Counted from the first letter of the stretch, positions 22,375 through 34,623 are shown. The stretch is DNA of 64,000 bases from Schizochytrium sp. TIO01 (GCA_004764695.1 SMSO01000025.1:5248862-5312861), one strand, 5' to 3'. The notes: generated from the sequence alone by a model not told the origin. Program-made: numbers and translations.

Positions 22375-24746
22375 ATATGCCATTGAACACCTCAGGTTGC
22401 GAGCTGTTATTTTTTAGGCCTTGACGCTGCTCGAGCGTTAAGTATGAGTATTGTGTCTGGTTGTTTATACACATACTAAGCGGGCTTTCAGATTGGTTTA
22501 AATTTACGTCTTGCTTCTTGACTTCCTGTCTTTTCCTGCCTTTCTTTTTTGTGGATTAATGTTGCTTTAATGAATTTCTGTTTTTGTTTTATCTTGTTTA
22601 ACAAGTTAAAGTTCTATTTCGCTTGCGGTAAATATCATTTTCTTTAATATTGCCAGGCTAAAAGAACATAGATGACTTTCAACGACTCGTAATGCAAAAA
22701 GATCAACACCGGGGTAATCGATGATTCTTCAACGTGAGTCACTCAGTGGGGCGTAGTTATAGATACTTCAAAAATAAAATTAATAAACTTAATAGATAAA
22801 CGATACGATAACCATGATGATTCATTATTAATGTTATTTTTTAACAAGATAAAAACATATTCATTTAATATAAATCTTAATTTTATAACTATTAGCTTAT
22901 AACTAATATTTCTAACTCTAATAAATAAAGATCAGAGCTGGTTTGAGACCTCGGGCCCAGCTGGCTTGGCACAGGAGCGCACGCCGCATAAAGGTGTCTC
23001 GTGCAGGTCTCCGAAGAAAGTTCATACTACAGATGAAACTAGTCGCTTCTCTTACTCTAACAATTCATACTTTACTAGATATAGTACTATATGCCTCAAT
23101 CAACGTGCATCACCTAGATGGTATGGGAAATGAAATCTACTGAAGCTTTTTTAAAAGTTAAACTTGATCATCTACTCGAAGATAGATGAGATCTTCACGT
23201 GCTAATCTATCTTCAAGTGGTCAGCATCGGCAGCTCCTCACGGCAATCATCAAATGCTTTGCTACCTGGTCAATATACGACGGCTGCGTTTGATAGAGGC
23301 AAGGAGATGGCGATGAACAGAGCCACCTTCTTTTCATACCTCATCGCTCATCGCTATCATCCTGGCCATCATCATCAACATCACCGGCACGACTTTCCAA
23401 TTCTGGTCCTTTTTAGCAACGAACTTGTAAAGGGGAGGGTTACATCAACACAGTCGACATCTCGTGCTAACATATCCAAGGCTTCAAGTGCAGGCTCTAC
23501 ATCAGCCGGTCGGTAAATTTCGCATGACGAAATCTGCACGTGCGCAAGGATCGCATGTATATGACTATAATTTAATTTTAATTAAAAGTGTGCACTAAAT
23601 CCAATGAATAAAAACTATATAAAATGAATAATCGTAAAAGTTGAAATAGTAAAATCAATTATAATAAGCGTTACAATCGCTCATTCTAAAAAAGGTTATC
23701 GACAACAGCTTGTACTTCAGGAGAAGAAGCAGAACAAGAACAGAGCACACTAGGGTTACTACACCGTGGGAGTTACAAACCTTGCTTTGAGTTGAGTGGT
23801 TAAAATGGTCGTTGTTCGGGATGCAGTTTCGAGTTAGTGTTTTGAGTCTTTTTACTTATTACTAAAAATAAGCTTACAGTGGCTATGGCCATGCACACGT
23901 TCTCACTATAGGCTGCGACTGAGGAGGTTCCCTTGCGCACTTGGTGGCTCTTAGCTATAGAATCGCAGAACCAATCCATCAAGGCCGAGAAGAGCACCAA
24001 TTGCCTTTCGGGAGTACATCTTACCGGCAGACGCGGACGTCCGGTGTGCGAAAAAGTATTATTGAGACATCCTATAAAAATAAAGGCCGTGCATAACTTT
24101 AAGTTGAGCTGAAAACATAGATTACCCCTCCAGCAGCAATGTTTTCAATCAACTCCTGCTGTCCTTGCTACCAAAATTGTTGCTCGTGTTGGGGATCAAT
24201 GCAATTTATGTAAGGTCTCTGACCAGACCAGTATTCATACCTATCTCAATTCGATTCGAGTTTTGTGTAGAAGGTACCTCCTGCCTACCTATCTTCTATG
24301 TGTGGCACGAGAAATCCACCTGTGCATTTTACTTTCCTCTGTCCATCTACATCCACTTTCTTTTTAGTCTGAAAAAGTATGCAGTAGTAGGTATCAATAC
24401 TTGTGCATAACAGTATTGCACATTAGTTTAGTTGTTCAGTCGTTTTTAAAATTAAAGAAGCATTTTTATTATAAATTCAGGACAGACTCGGAGAACAAAA
24501 CGAAAAAGGACTCGGCGAAAAATGGCACGTGGAATATAAGATTGCAAACCTCCCAGCATAACCATTTTGAGCGTATGGACCACGCGGTTTTGGTTTTACA
24601 AGCCAGCCGAGGTCAGACTCTGATCTGCGTAGAAACCTGAGGGCATAACGAGGGGTCGTAGGTCGCGGGAGTAAGCAGAGTGCACCCACCTTCGAAACTT
24701 TGGGAGGCTTCAGAAATACAACGAGTGCAAGTCAAAGGGAGCCAAG

Positions 24747-27548
24747 ATGCATACTTTGTTGCCACAGCTAATACGGCCAGCGTTACCTGTTAGGGCTCTT
24801 CTGCTTTGTGCAGTAGTGTGCAGTTTGCGAAACACCGAAGCTTACGTGTCGCCTGACACTGTCACATACAGACTTACATTTCGGGACTTTCTCCCAGCAC
24901 ACTGCATAGGTAGCGATGAATATGCAGCAGCTTGGGAATACGCAAATTACGTGGGGATGAGAGATCTTGTCTACACAAACACATCAGTAATCCCTGATGA
25001 TTGGTATGCCAATAACATTAGCAAGGCTATGGACCTTAACAGTAACAATGGTCCAGAAATGAGTACACAATGGTACTATGGTAATGTGAAAGTCAATAAT
25101 TATTGCCCATATTGGACAAAAGGCATGTCAAATAAAACAATCAGTGGTCACCCAGATTTCGAGTCAGCATCGAATGGTATTTCAGGCCGTGTTTCTAAAT
25201 GCTACTACGCTGGACAATACAATTCTTGCACTGGGGGTCTCACTTCAATTATTAAACCATCCCTCACGGTTGCAACCTCGGGTCTACCCAAAGTAACTTA
25301 TTGCAATGACACGTCCAACTCAAGATGCGGCTACGATAGCACCTCCAGTGTGTACAGCACATCACGTCAGCAATACTTTGACGCCTGGTACAATGACGAC
25401 TCCAAGTACAACAAACGTGTTGGCCAGGAATTAAGTTTGACAAAGGGCTCAGATGGTCTCTATGCCTACGAATCATTCGAGTTCTACCCGCTGAATAAAT
25501 TTGATGCAAATCGTAGTGATGGACGCTACACAGATGGTCCAGTCGTCACGGAAGAGAATTATGCGGACCCTAGTCGAGCGTATGTTTGGCCAAATTCCAT
25601 GAGGGACGTAGGTTGGAACCACTTCTGGTTTACAACTGAATTTCACTCGTACTTTAGCTACAGTGGAACAGAGCAGTTAAACTTCACAGGAGATGATGAT
25701 CTTTGGGTCTTCATTAACGGAAGGCTCGCTGTAGATCTTGGAGGTAAACATTCTGAAGAAACTGAAAGCATTGTACTGGCTAATTATGCTGACGAAGATC
25801 ATCTCAACCTTACCGTTGGTGAGGTCTACCAGTTTTCGATCTTTCACGCCGAAAGGCATTACTCCCAGTCAAACTTTAACCTCTACACCTCAATCTCGGA
25901 AAATTGCAACATCGCTCGTCCCAACTCCGGCTCAGTCTCGGTAGATATCTCCAACACAACAAGTACTGAGATCACTCTCAGTGAAGGTGTTGTTCAGTTC
26001 GAAGATGGGACTATCCAGCTCTCCAATGCAGCAAATACTGCTCAAGACTTCTCAACATATATGTTTACAACTAATCAGCAAAACATTGGGCCTGGCTTCA
26101 TTGCCACTTTCTCTTTTCGCGTCCTCGACGAAGCAGCAATCGAGGGTCTGGCCTTTGTCGCCACACGACGCTCTGAGGGACTCACGAACATCCCCGTCTC
26201 TACTGGATCAGGTTTGGGATACCGGTTCATTTCCAACTCTATTGCTGTTGCTATTGATATGTGCACAGATCGGGCTGAAGGCCGAGACTGCTCCGGGCAG
26301 CAGGTCAGTCTACATTATCCCGATGATGCTGATGATACTAATGAGGATCTCAGCTCAACACTACGGGTCTACGACTCTGTACTACGCAGTCTTCGCTACA
26401 CGAATGCTTCTAACGTACCTGAGACTCACGTCGTTCGTATCGAATACCTAGAACGTCCTGATTGGCTACAAGTATACATCGATGACAGCTTGTATCTCCG
26501 GCAAACAAACTTCAACCTTGAGGATATCATTGGCGGTCGTGACGCGTACATTGGTCTCACTAGTTCGACGCCAAGCTCAGATGTGGGTACTTTGGAGATT
26601 TTGAGTTTTACTTTGGAGACTATTGCGGTGGAGGCGAACTCTACAGTCGGTGTAGACTTGACGGAGGATGCGGAAACGTTGACGCTGGTTGGTAACGGGA
26701 AGAGTTCTGCTGGGTTCACGATTCAGACGCGTGATCTTTGTGGGAATGACGTGGAGAACGGTGGTCTATCATCGTACTTCAAGGCTTGGTATATTCCTAC
26801 TGAGCAGGAGAGCAGTGGGCGACGCTCTCTAAGTAACTCCACAGAGACATGGGTATTGTACACGGATGATCGTGTCGATGCAACAATTCAAGATAATCTA
26901 GATGGTACTTACACTGCTCTTCTTAGTACAACAGAGACCGGTATGTATGCTCTTTATTCTTGCTTTGGCTTGGAATGTGGGTACAATTGGACCAGTTTAG
27001 AGCCACTTGATAGTGAATCTTACTATGGTCAAGTAGCTCTCGCTGTGCGTGTGATTCCTGTAACTTCCCAACCAACTCAGTCTCCTATTGAGTATACGGC
27101 TGCTACAGGCGATGACTCCAAGGTAGCTATGTATGCAGGTATAGGAGGAGGTGTGGCTGGCGCAGTGTTATTTTGCTCTCTGCTTGGCCTTCTCGGCATC
27201 CGGAGACGCTGGCATCGTGAGAAGGGCTACATCGAGCACGGCAAACTATATCGAATGGAGCGTGCTGTGGAGTATGACCCACATGATGAGTTTATGGTAG
27301 TGACACGAATGGTGATGGAGTCTTCTGCAGATTTGCAACGTGAACGTGCCAAGAGGGGTCCAGATGACGGTTCTGATGACATCTCAAATTTACGTAGTGA
27401 GAATCAGCAGCTTCAAGAACAAGTTCGTTTGGAAAAGCAGCGCGCCCAGCTTGAAAACTCGAAAGGCAGTCGCATTTCCCAATTATTTAAGAGTAAGCGT
27501 GAGCAATTCGGACGCCGAAAAGAGTTCAATCAAGATGGTTATGTATAA
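24747..27548 (+). CDS. Fibro-slime/L-lectin/Ig-like single-pass membrane protein, paralog 3
   Basis: Same motif order as paralog 1; lectin-to-TM region nearly identical to paralog 2. Confidence 0.85.
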   Translation: MHTLLPQLIRPALPVRALLLCAVVCSLRNTEAYVSPDTVTYRLTFRDFLPAHCIGSDEYAAAWEYANYVGMRDLVYTNTSVIPDDWYANNISKAMDLNSNNGPEMSTQWYYGNVKVNNYCPYWTKGMSNKTISGHPDFESASNGISGRVSKCYYAGQYNSCTGGLTSIIKPSLTVATSGLPKVTYCNDTSNSRCGYDSTSSVYSTSRQQYFDAWYNDDSKYNKRVGQELSLTKGSDGLYAYESFEFYPLNKFDANRSDGRYTDGPVVTEENYADPSRAYVWPNSMRDVGWNHFWFTTEFHSYFSYSGTEQLNFTGDDDLWVFINGRLAVDLGGKHSEETESIVLANYADEDHLNLTVGEVYQFSIFHAERHYSQSNFNLYTSISENCNIARPNSGSVSVDISNTTSTEITLSEGVVQFEDGTIQLSNAANTAQDFSTYMFTTNQQNIGPGFIATFSFRVLDEAAIEGLAFVATRRSEGLTNIPVSTGSGLGYRFISNSIAVAIDMCTDRAEGRDCSGQQVSLHYPDDADDTNEDLSSTLRVYDSVLRSLRYTNASNVPETHVVRIEYLERPDWLQVYIDDSLYLRQTNFNLEDIIGGRDAYIGLTSSTPSSDVGTLEILSFTLETIAVEANSTVGVDLTEDAETLTLVGNGKSSAGFTIQTRDLCGNDVENGGLSSYFKAWYIPTEQESSGRRSLSNSTETWVLYTDDRVDATIQDNLDGTYTALLSTTETGMYALYSCFGLECGYNWTSLEPLDSESYYGQVALAVRVIPVTSQPTQSPIEYTAATGDDSKVAMYAGIGGGVAGAVLFCSLLGLLGIRRRWHREKGYIEHGKLYRMERAVEYDPHDEFMVVTRMVMESSADLQRERAKRGPDDGSDDISNLRSENQQLQEQVRLEKQRAQLENSKGSRISQLFKSKREQFGRRKEFNQDGYV
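25800..27163 (+). repeat. Near-identical direct repeat, copy B (pairs with 20626-21989)
   Basis: As copy A; duplicated shadow ORFs in the track (20807/25981, 21252/26426) confirm the offset. Confidence 0.92.
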
Positions 27549-29996
27549 TGGAAGCTGGAGATTATTATTTCCAGCTTATTTCTATATTTGTTTTAAAAGT
27601 TTTGTTGTTTTTTCCATTCTTGAAATATGCTCAATAGTATAATTATCCTTTCTGAGCTACAGGTTTTTGGCAAGCAAATAAAATGCAATCTGAGTAATCG
27701 CATGCGCCAGCTTGTGTTTCAGCCGCACATGATTTTACTCGATAAGTAATTTACGCTGAGGCGCAAACATTAACGTGTTCGTGTTTGCTCGTTTCATTTC
27801 CGTGGGCAAATTAACTTATATGTCATCATGCGAGAGGTGCGCTGTCTATCGTTAGTTTTTCCTCTTACAAATGGTATTGATGATGTAGGCGAATTCTCGA
27901 GTCGTTCTTAGTGGCTACAGGGCTTCCGGCTCCTCTTGATCCTTTTAGTTAGGTGGTAAAAGCCAAGCAGAAGCGTTGATTTAAAAATGAAAGCCTAGAA
28001 TCTAGTATACATAGTCTCTGTGTGATGATCTTATTTTCAGATGGTGCGGTTGCCCAACTTTGGGGATGCCAGTATAAAGATAGGCCTAATAGAATAATGC
28101 TATATATTATGATATCGTTTATTGCCTTCCAACTAGTGGGAGGCCTTTTATTTCTCCGCGCCTCGTCTCTTATATGAAGCGTAGGTGGGCTCTTCAAGTT
28201 GTGCAATGCCTCACCTTCATATGGAGGTCTGCGACATGGCCTCTGGCCCCAGCTTGAAGGAACACCGTGCAGGAGAAGAGCAAAAACCTACGACGGACCG
28301 CTCGATCGCTTGCACACCCAAGAAGTTGGCAATTGTGATCTTAATCGGAGGAATAAGTACTAGCACCACCTATTCGATATTGTTTGCTGGCACTTCTTAC
28401 TGCCGGGCCCAGTTCGGGAATGGCTTGAGCAGCTACAGTCTGGGATCACTGATCGTTTGGGCGAGTATGCAAAGTTGTGAAGCTTCCCCCAGGAATGGAT
28501 TCGCGACAAACTTTAATACCGAAGAGGCCCAGGCTCGACTTACGTGGTAACGGAATACGTTTCTCGTTATAGTATAGCAACCTAGAGCAGCTAGTAGGTA
28601 CTTTGATCCCTGGAGGTCCTCTGGAATCCATGTTGCACCCGATGAAGTAGCGCACCAACATGGGCAGCACCACCGCCAAGAGATTCAGTCTTGCTAAGAG
28701 TCTTGCTGAGACCAGGTATAGTTCAAATACTAAATACCCAGTACCAGGTCCTACATACCTACTATTCAAGAGCACCGCTGAAGTTTGTTGCTATACTTTT
28801 TGCGCACACATCGTGCACAACAATTTCAACAAACCAACAGACAAGGAAAAAATTCAATCAATGTGCATGCTCGCAGCCAACCGGGTGGCAACATGGACTG
28901 CAAGCCCTTGCCACCACCAACTACGCTATTGATCCTTCATTCTTCGTGTTGATGACTCTAGGGTCCGCCAAATCCCTTATATAATGGCATCAGGATCATC
29001 TCTCTCTCCTTTTGTTTTTGCACGTGCTGGCATTTTTTCACTTTCAGAGTTCTTTCTTCTCATTCCCTCATTTTTTAGTTAGCTCTTACTGGACTCTACA
29101 AGCAACCACTATCAACCTCATCACCACCACGCGACATTGCCGAACCTGGAGTCTGCTCGCTAAGTCAAGCAACTAGTTCGACCCGGCCACCACCTTTGCT
29201 GTAAGAGCTACGCTGAGCCAGTGTACCCAGGGCTTGCTCGCTTGACGGCTCGTGAGCTCCGCTTTCGTTTCACTCCGCACGTGCACACACACTTTGTCCA
29301 CTGAGAGGATCGCAATCCTATTCAAACCTCAAATAGCCGGGTCTTTGCGCACTGCCGGCGCCACTTAGTCTAGCGAAGCAGGGCGTATCTGTGCTAGAGT
29401 CTTTGCTGTGAGGGTTAAGCTGGGGTCGGCAAACCTGCTTGAAGCGCAGTAGTGCGCGGCTGGGAGGAAAAGGGATTGCTGAGCACGCTCCCAAGATCAA
29501 GAGCAGGAGCATATTACTGGTCTCAAAAAGCATTCCTAGCGCTACTGCAGTGGGGGCCTAAGGTGTATGGGAAGGGTCCACGCGCGTTGGAGATCAGCAA
29601 GCTTGAAGGTTGCAAAACGTGAACGTTGAGCAGGCACTCTTGCTTTTTACTGGAGCGCTGATTTCAATTTAAGAAGACAAGGAGGACTGCGAAGCTCAGG
29701 GACACAGAAAACAAAGGTTGAGTCAGGTGAAATATTCAATCGTGTTTCCACGATTGAAAGCCCCCAGTCAGACTGCTGCTGTTCTTGCTGCTTCGAGAAC
29801 GGCTGTGGCGTTCGATTGGGGTCAACAAAAAGTAAGAGCCTCGGCGTTTCTTTATTCTCGTCGTTATTGTGTGGTTTTGATTTGCACGTTTCGAATATCT
29901 AAATAGCGCATTCAACAGAACTTTGAGCGACTCATTTCCAAGTTCGTCGCCAAATCCAGTTTTGTGGGTGAGCTTATCAATCTCAGATTCAATATC

Positions 29997-31586
29997 ATGA
30001 GTGGAACTTCAAACAATACTGATGTTTGCGAAACTGCAGAGCATGACACCCTCTATATGAGTGACCCAATGCGGTACCTAGGTCTAGCTCTATTCATATT
30101 TGCCGCGGTTACGATGGTGGCCTCGCTTGCCCTCTGGATACGACGAAGAAGTCATGTGATTTTAGCAAAACGGAACTTTGGACTTACTTTGATCACGGCA
30201 ATTGGAGTTCTCATGCAAATCTCGGGAGATGGCCTAGCAAATTTCATCGGTCGAGAGAAGTACCCATGTGATGTCTCACTCTGGCTTGCTCTGTTGTATC
30301 TTCCATTGGCCGCAGGGCCTACCGCATCGCGCATCGTGCTTACTATGTACCGTGTTCGTTTTGGAAAGCTCATTTACGAAGATTTTGATCAAAGTGAAGT
30401 CGATATTGATCCAGACTTTTATGAGATGGGCTCCTTCCCAGCGCAGATTCGCGCCTTTATCAAAAGCTTTTTCACATGTTCCTGTGATACCGTTCGAGTA
30501 ATTGACTCCTTCAACGACATCAAACCTAGACTTCCACGTTCGAGACTGATGTCTCGCGCTTTTGCATACTCTGTATCATCCTCCTCAACCGGAGAAGGCA
30601 AGTTAGTATCCCAGACTTCTACAATTCCTGAACAGGTGACTGTTCTAGCACGGCCACGCCGTCTTTCACATACTCAAGCCATGTTCTTTGGTAAATCCAG
30701 TGCATATGGCTTCATTCTTCAGATAGTTATTACCGCTGTGTGCATAGCCATTGGTGTCGTGCTAAGCATTAAGAGTGACTCACCATTTGGAGGCAAAGGT
30801 TGCTACGGCTGCACAATTAATGGTTGGATTTTTATTGCGCTGGTAGTCACAGGAGCTATTGTTGTTGCGATAGTGCTTCCGGGGACCATTATTCTTCGCA
30901 ATGTGCATGACTCTATTGGGATTGCTCGTGAACTGCGTCTCCTCATGGTCTGCGGTATCTTCGTGCTACTTGGCGTTTTACTTTCAATGCACGACCCTGG
31001 AAATGCTCGCGCCGAGGGAAAATTTGATTGGCTCTATATCGTTTCTATAGCTGGTATCGCTGTCCATTGGTTGGACTGTGTTCATCCTGTATACCTTACG
31101 TACAGGGACACCCAGCTTCGGCTGACGCACAAGGACTCAACGACGCTCTCAATGGTGCTCAAAGACCCCGAAGCAAAGCAGATTTTTCAAGCTTACCTAA
31201 TTACTGAGTGGAGTAGTGAGAATGGGCTCTTCCTCGATGCTGTGCGGCGCTTCCGTACAATGCACGAGTTAGCTGCAACCCCGGATCTTGTATTGCGAGC
31301 TGTTGACATGTTTAATACCTTCATCAAAGAAGGTGCAATTCTAGAAATTAATGTTCCAGCATCGATCAGACGAACCTTGCGCCTCACCATCGAACCTTGG
31401 CAGACATTCATTGAGAATGATTCGCCATTTTTGGCTACAATGGAAAAACCTGACATTGGTCTTTTCGATGAGGCCTATGAGGAGATTTACATGCTCGTTG
31501 AAACAGACTCCTTCCCGCGCTTCCAGCGGTCAAATATGTATGCAGAAGCCAAACAGTCCTTGCGGTCCAACAATAGTGTAGCATAA
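29997..31586 (+). CDS. 7TM-RGS protein (multi-pass membrane domain fused to a C-terminal RGS box; AtRGS1-like architecture)
   Basis: About 7 hydrophobic segments, then VLKDPEAKQIFQAYLITEWSSENGLFLDAV...FIKEGAILEINV...FDEAYEEIYMLVETDSFPRF. Confidence 0.88.
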   Translation: MSGTSNNTDVCETAEHDTLYMSDPMRYLGLALFIFAAVTMVASLALWIRRRSHVILAKRNFGLTLITAIGVLMQISGDGLANFIGREKYPCDVSLWLALLYLPLAAGPTASRIVLTMYRVRFGKLIYEDFDQSEVDIDPDFYEMGSFPAQIRAFIKSFFTCSCDTVRVIDSFNDIKPRLPRSRLMSRAFAYSVSSSSTGEGKLVSQTSTIPEQVTVLARPRRLSHTQAMFFGKSSAYGFILQIVITAVCIAIGVVLSIKSDSPFGGKGCYGCTINGWIFIALVVTGAIVVAIVLPGTIILRNVHDSIGIARELRLLMVCGIFVLLGVLLSMHDPGNARAEGKFDWLYIVSIAGIAVHWLDCVHPVYLTYRDTQLRLTHKDSTTLSMVLKDPEAKQIFQAYLITEWSSENGLFLDAVRRFRTMHELAATPDLVLRAVDMFNTFIKEGAILEINVPASIRRTLRLTIEPWQTFIENDSPFLATMEKPDIGLFDEAYEEIYMLVETDSFPRFQRSNMYAEAKQSLRSNNSVA

Positions 31587-32309
31587 AAGAAACTGTGATT
31601 TTCTCTTCTATTACGGTCTCCATCCTAATGGTCTCTCTACATTTATTGTACCACACTTTCTCTCATGTTGCTCCATCCTCTTTGTAGTACTTTCCCTTTG
31701 TTGCCCTTTTCTCTTCTTTCTGAAACATGTCAAATTATCATGAATTGACTCTATCGTTCAACTTCCTGAGCAACCTTGCTTGAACTTCTGATGTCTTTGT
31801 CGTATTACTGGCTAATATTCCTTCTTTCAAACTATTTTATTTGCATTCCCAAATTGCATTGGCTACTATCCATTATACCACTCCTCGCACCATTTCTTTA
31901 TTTTTCTTATTCCTGCTTGTGTAAGCCGTAAAGCTTGGCAACTACAGAAACCATCATTTCATAGATTGCTCGCAGCTTCGAGTTATTTGTCCAATTTATT
32001 TGCTTTGTTCAACCGTATTTTATTCGGCTCGTCTTTTATTAATTTCGCTATGTTTCTCCAGAGAACAATGATAGCATAAACTCTAAGGGAGACACCTACA
32101 TCTATCTGCTATGTAGGTCATAAGAACCTCTTATGTATTTTATTCTGGTTTTCGAGGCCCTTCCTTTCCTTCTCTTCCGCTATTTGTTTGGTTTCTTCTT
32201 CTTTCTCGTTCGAAATTGCTTTCGCTTTGTCTCATTTCTTGCGGAGTCCAGAACCACACTCCCTTCGTGTTCCTCTTGTGTGATCTTCACCGCTTCAACA
32301 GCTGCGAAG

Positions 32310-34124
32310 ATGGGCGAGGAATCAAAAGTTATCGAAGCCACCTCTGCTGGCGAAGAGCCTGTGCCGGCCTCGGCAGCCGCCACTGACGGAGATGATGCCG
32401 AGATGGCGCTCATGCCAGCACCGGTTGTGGAGGAGAAGGAGGAGGTCATGGACGAAGCCAAGCTCGCGGAGGTCCGTGACGCGATGAAGACAGATATTCG
32501 TGACGATCTTGATGCCCCTGAAGACGCTGGCGACAGCTCCAGTGACGATGAGAGCAGCGATGATAACGGCGATGATAACGACCAAAGCGAAGATTCTCAA
32601 GACCTGAAGTCAAGGAAAGCCCGCAAGAAGGACAAGGCCAGTTCAAAATCAAAAAGCCATCAGCAAGAACAGCACCTTCTCTCAAAGCACCACATTAACA
32701 TTTTGAGCGATCTACTGGATAGGTCCAAGTCGATTCCGATGCGATTGAGCCCCAAAGAGCGCATTTTGCTAGATAATGTAGAAGGAGCTTTGGACATTTC
32801 CGAGTACACAGATAAGGTTGACGTGAGCAGCAACAACTATTTTGCACGGAATGCCTGGGATAAGGAGGAGACGATCGTTTCGGAGCAGGAAGATTTGTGC
32901 AAGCAGCTTGCTGGACTCGCCATCAGCAACGACTTTCAGTCTATGGGAGCCAAGATGCTCCGTGATCGCAAGCTTGAGGACAACGAGGACTACTTTCAGA
33001 GGGCTATGGAGGTTGGACGTCGCTACAAAATCATGAATCCTGACAAGATGCGGTGTACCTACGGAAAGTTGCTTTACGTTATTATGGACAATGTGAATCC
33101 TCGCCTTCGCCTCTCCATTGATCTCAAGATCCCCGTGCGTACCGTTTACACACTGCTCGCAGAAGTGGATAAACTAGAGATGTTGAATGATCCACTTTTG
33201 GCTGTTGCGGCCTCAGAGGTTGATGCTGGTGGATCACAAGAGGCTGCCAGCGAGGCTCGTGCCCAGAAACAGCGTGCATTAGATACCATAGTGGCCAAGT
33301 ACGCATCCCATGATGGTCTTGCCGAGGAGGACGTGCGACTGGTGGTGGCAAGTATCTCAGATAACTTTAGTTTTCTGCGAAGCAACCGTGGACCTGTTGA
33401 CCGTATGATTGCCTACTTGAAGCGCTACTTTAACCCACACGTGACCCCGGCTAATTCTGAGGAATCTCTCACCATTCGCAGTGGTCGCAACGGCTCGAAG
33501 CTTTCACACCAGCACGAGACGCAATACTATTTTGTACTGCAGTCCTTGACGCTCTGGCGTGAAATTATGGGCAACTTCTTCAAGCTTTGGCGTCTTGCTG
33601 AAGAGGACTTGCTCGACAGTCGGAACGGTTACCGGCTTTGTAACACAGGTCAGGGTTTGCAGCGTTGCCAGAGTGCTCCGCGTGTTTCTCAGGAAATGAG
33701 CCGGATCTTAGCCACTGTTCGCGAAAAGGTGGGCCGCTGGATTGGTCTCAGCGTTGTACATCTTGGAGATCGGGATGTGCCGAACGCCCTCATCTTTATC
33801 GACAAATATACACAGGTTCCGCGTATTCTTGGTCCTCTGGCGAATACGATTGACCGTATCGAGGAGCTCAATGCCGACCCGCATATCAGTTCCTACATCG
33901 ACAAGAACTTTGGCGACTATGAGCGCTTGCGTAAATTAATTCTTGCTGACTTCTTCCGGCACGGTTTTGACGGTTCCGGTGATGATGGTGGTAGCTGCAT
34001 TGATGGCCGTCTTACCAGTTGTTGGAACTGGTGCTCCAAGTTGGAAAAGAAGTCATACTATCCGGTTTTCATGTTGGCCGGCTTCCAAAGCTTCGACGGA
34101 GAAGGTTTTGAGTCTGGAATGTAG
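32310..34124 (+). CDS. UPF0652 / DUF2009 family protein
   Basis: IPMRLS..ER..L..VEGALDISEYTDKVD, EVGRRYKIMNPDKMR..YGKL, SVVHLGDRDVPNALIFIDKYTQVPRIL, FDGSGDDGGSCIDGRLTS.WNWC; acidic N-terminus; ATG 32310. Confidence 0.85.
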   Translation: MGEESKVIEATSAGEEPVPASAAATDGDDAEMALMPAPVVEEKEEVMDEAKLAEVRDAMKTDIRDDLDAPEDAGDSSSDDESSDDNGDDNDQSEDSQDLKSRKARKKDKASSKSKSHQQEQHLLSKHHINILSDLLDRSKSIPMRLSPKERILLDNVEGALDISEYTDKVDVSSNNYFARNAWDKEETIVSEQEDLCKQLAGLAISNDFQSMGAKMLRDRKLEDNEDYFQRAMEVGRRYKIMNPDKMRCTYGKLLYVIMDNVNPRLRLSIDLKIPVRTVYTLLAEVDKLEMLNDPLLAVAASEVDAGGSQEAASEARAQKQRALDTIVAKYASHDGLAEEDVRLVVASISDNFSFLRSNRGPVDRMIAYLKRYFNPHVTPANSEESLTIRSGRNGSKLSHQHETQYYFVLQSLTLWREIMGNFFKLWRLAEEDLLDSRNGYRLCNTGQGLQRCQSAPRVSQEMSRILATVREKVGRWIGLSVVHLGDRDVPNALIFIDKYTQVPRILGPLANTIDRIEELNADPHISSYIDKNFGDYERLRKLILADFFRHGFDGSGDDGGSCIDGRLTSCWNWCSKLEKKSYYPVFMLAGFQSFDGEGFESGM

Positions 34125-34623
34125 GTTTTCTAGAGCTGAACTGTTCTTCTACACATCTGTCAGCCATTTAAACCACAAAGACGTTTAGGAAACAACTAGA
34201 ATAAGAAACGAGTAACAAGAGCAACTCAATCCATATACCAAGATCTCAAAAGCATATCATATAAACTTTCACACATAACTACTACTACTAGAAATAACAT
34301 TGCAAACAGAAATAAAAAAATATCCAATAAGAAAAATTACACAATGAATGATTTACCTTTTTTTTTGTTTGAGACATCAATAGCAAAAAGAATTGCTAAG
34401 CATATATTAATAGTTGACATCATTGAAACTGACATGGTTGGGTATGTATACCTTGGACGAACTAGGCTTACCGCATCAGGATCTCATATATCAAATAAAA
34501 TCAAATCATGATATATATACCCATCGTCGCTACAGATGGTACATACTAAATTCTAACGTACAGAAATCACGGTTTAGAACGAGCGTGTGATTAGTTTCAA
34601 GATAAGCCGAGCTAACAAAGGAA

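Noticed and set aside
20807-26719. Duplicated small ORFs (156, 63 and 97 aa) occurring twice
   Set aside because: Alternative-frame by-products of the near-identical tracts in receptor paralogs 2 and 3
28400-28550. VREWLEQL...LGEYA fragment resembling a SAM domain
   Set aside because: Very short and interrupted by stops; chance similarity cannot be excluded
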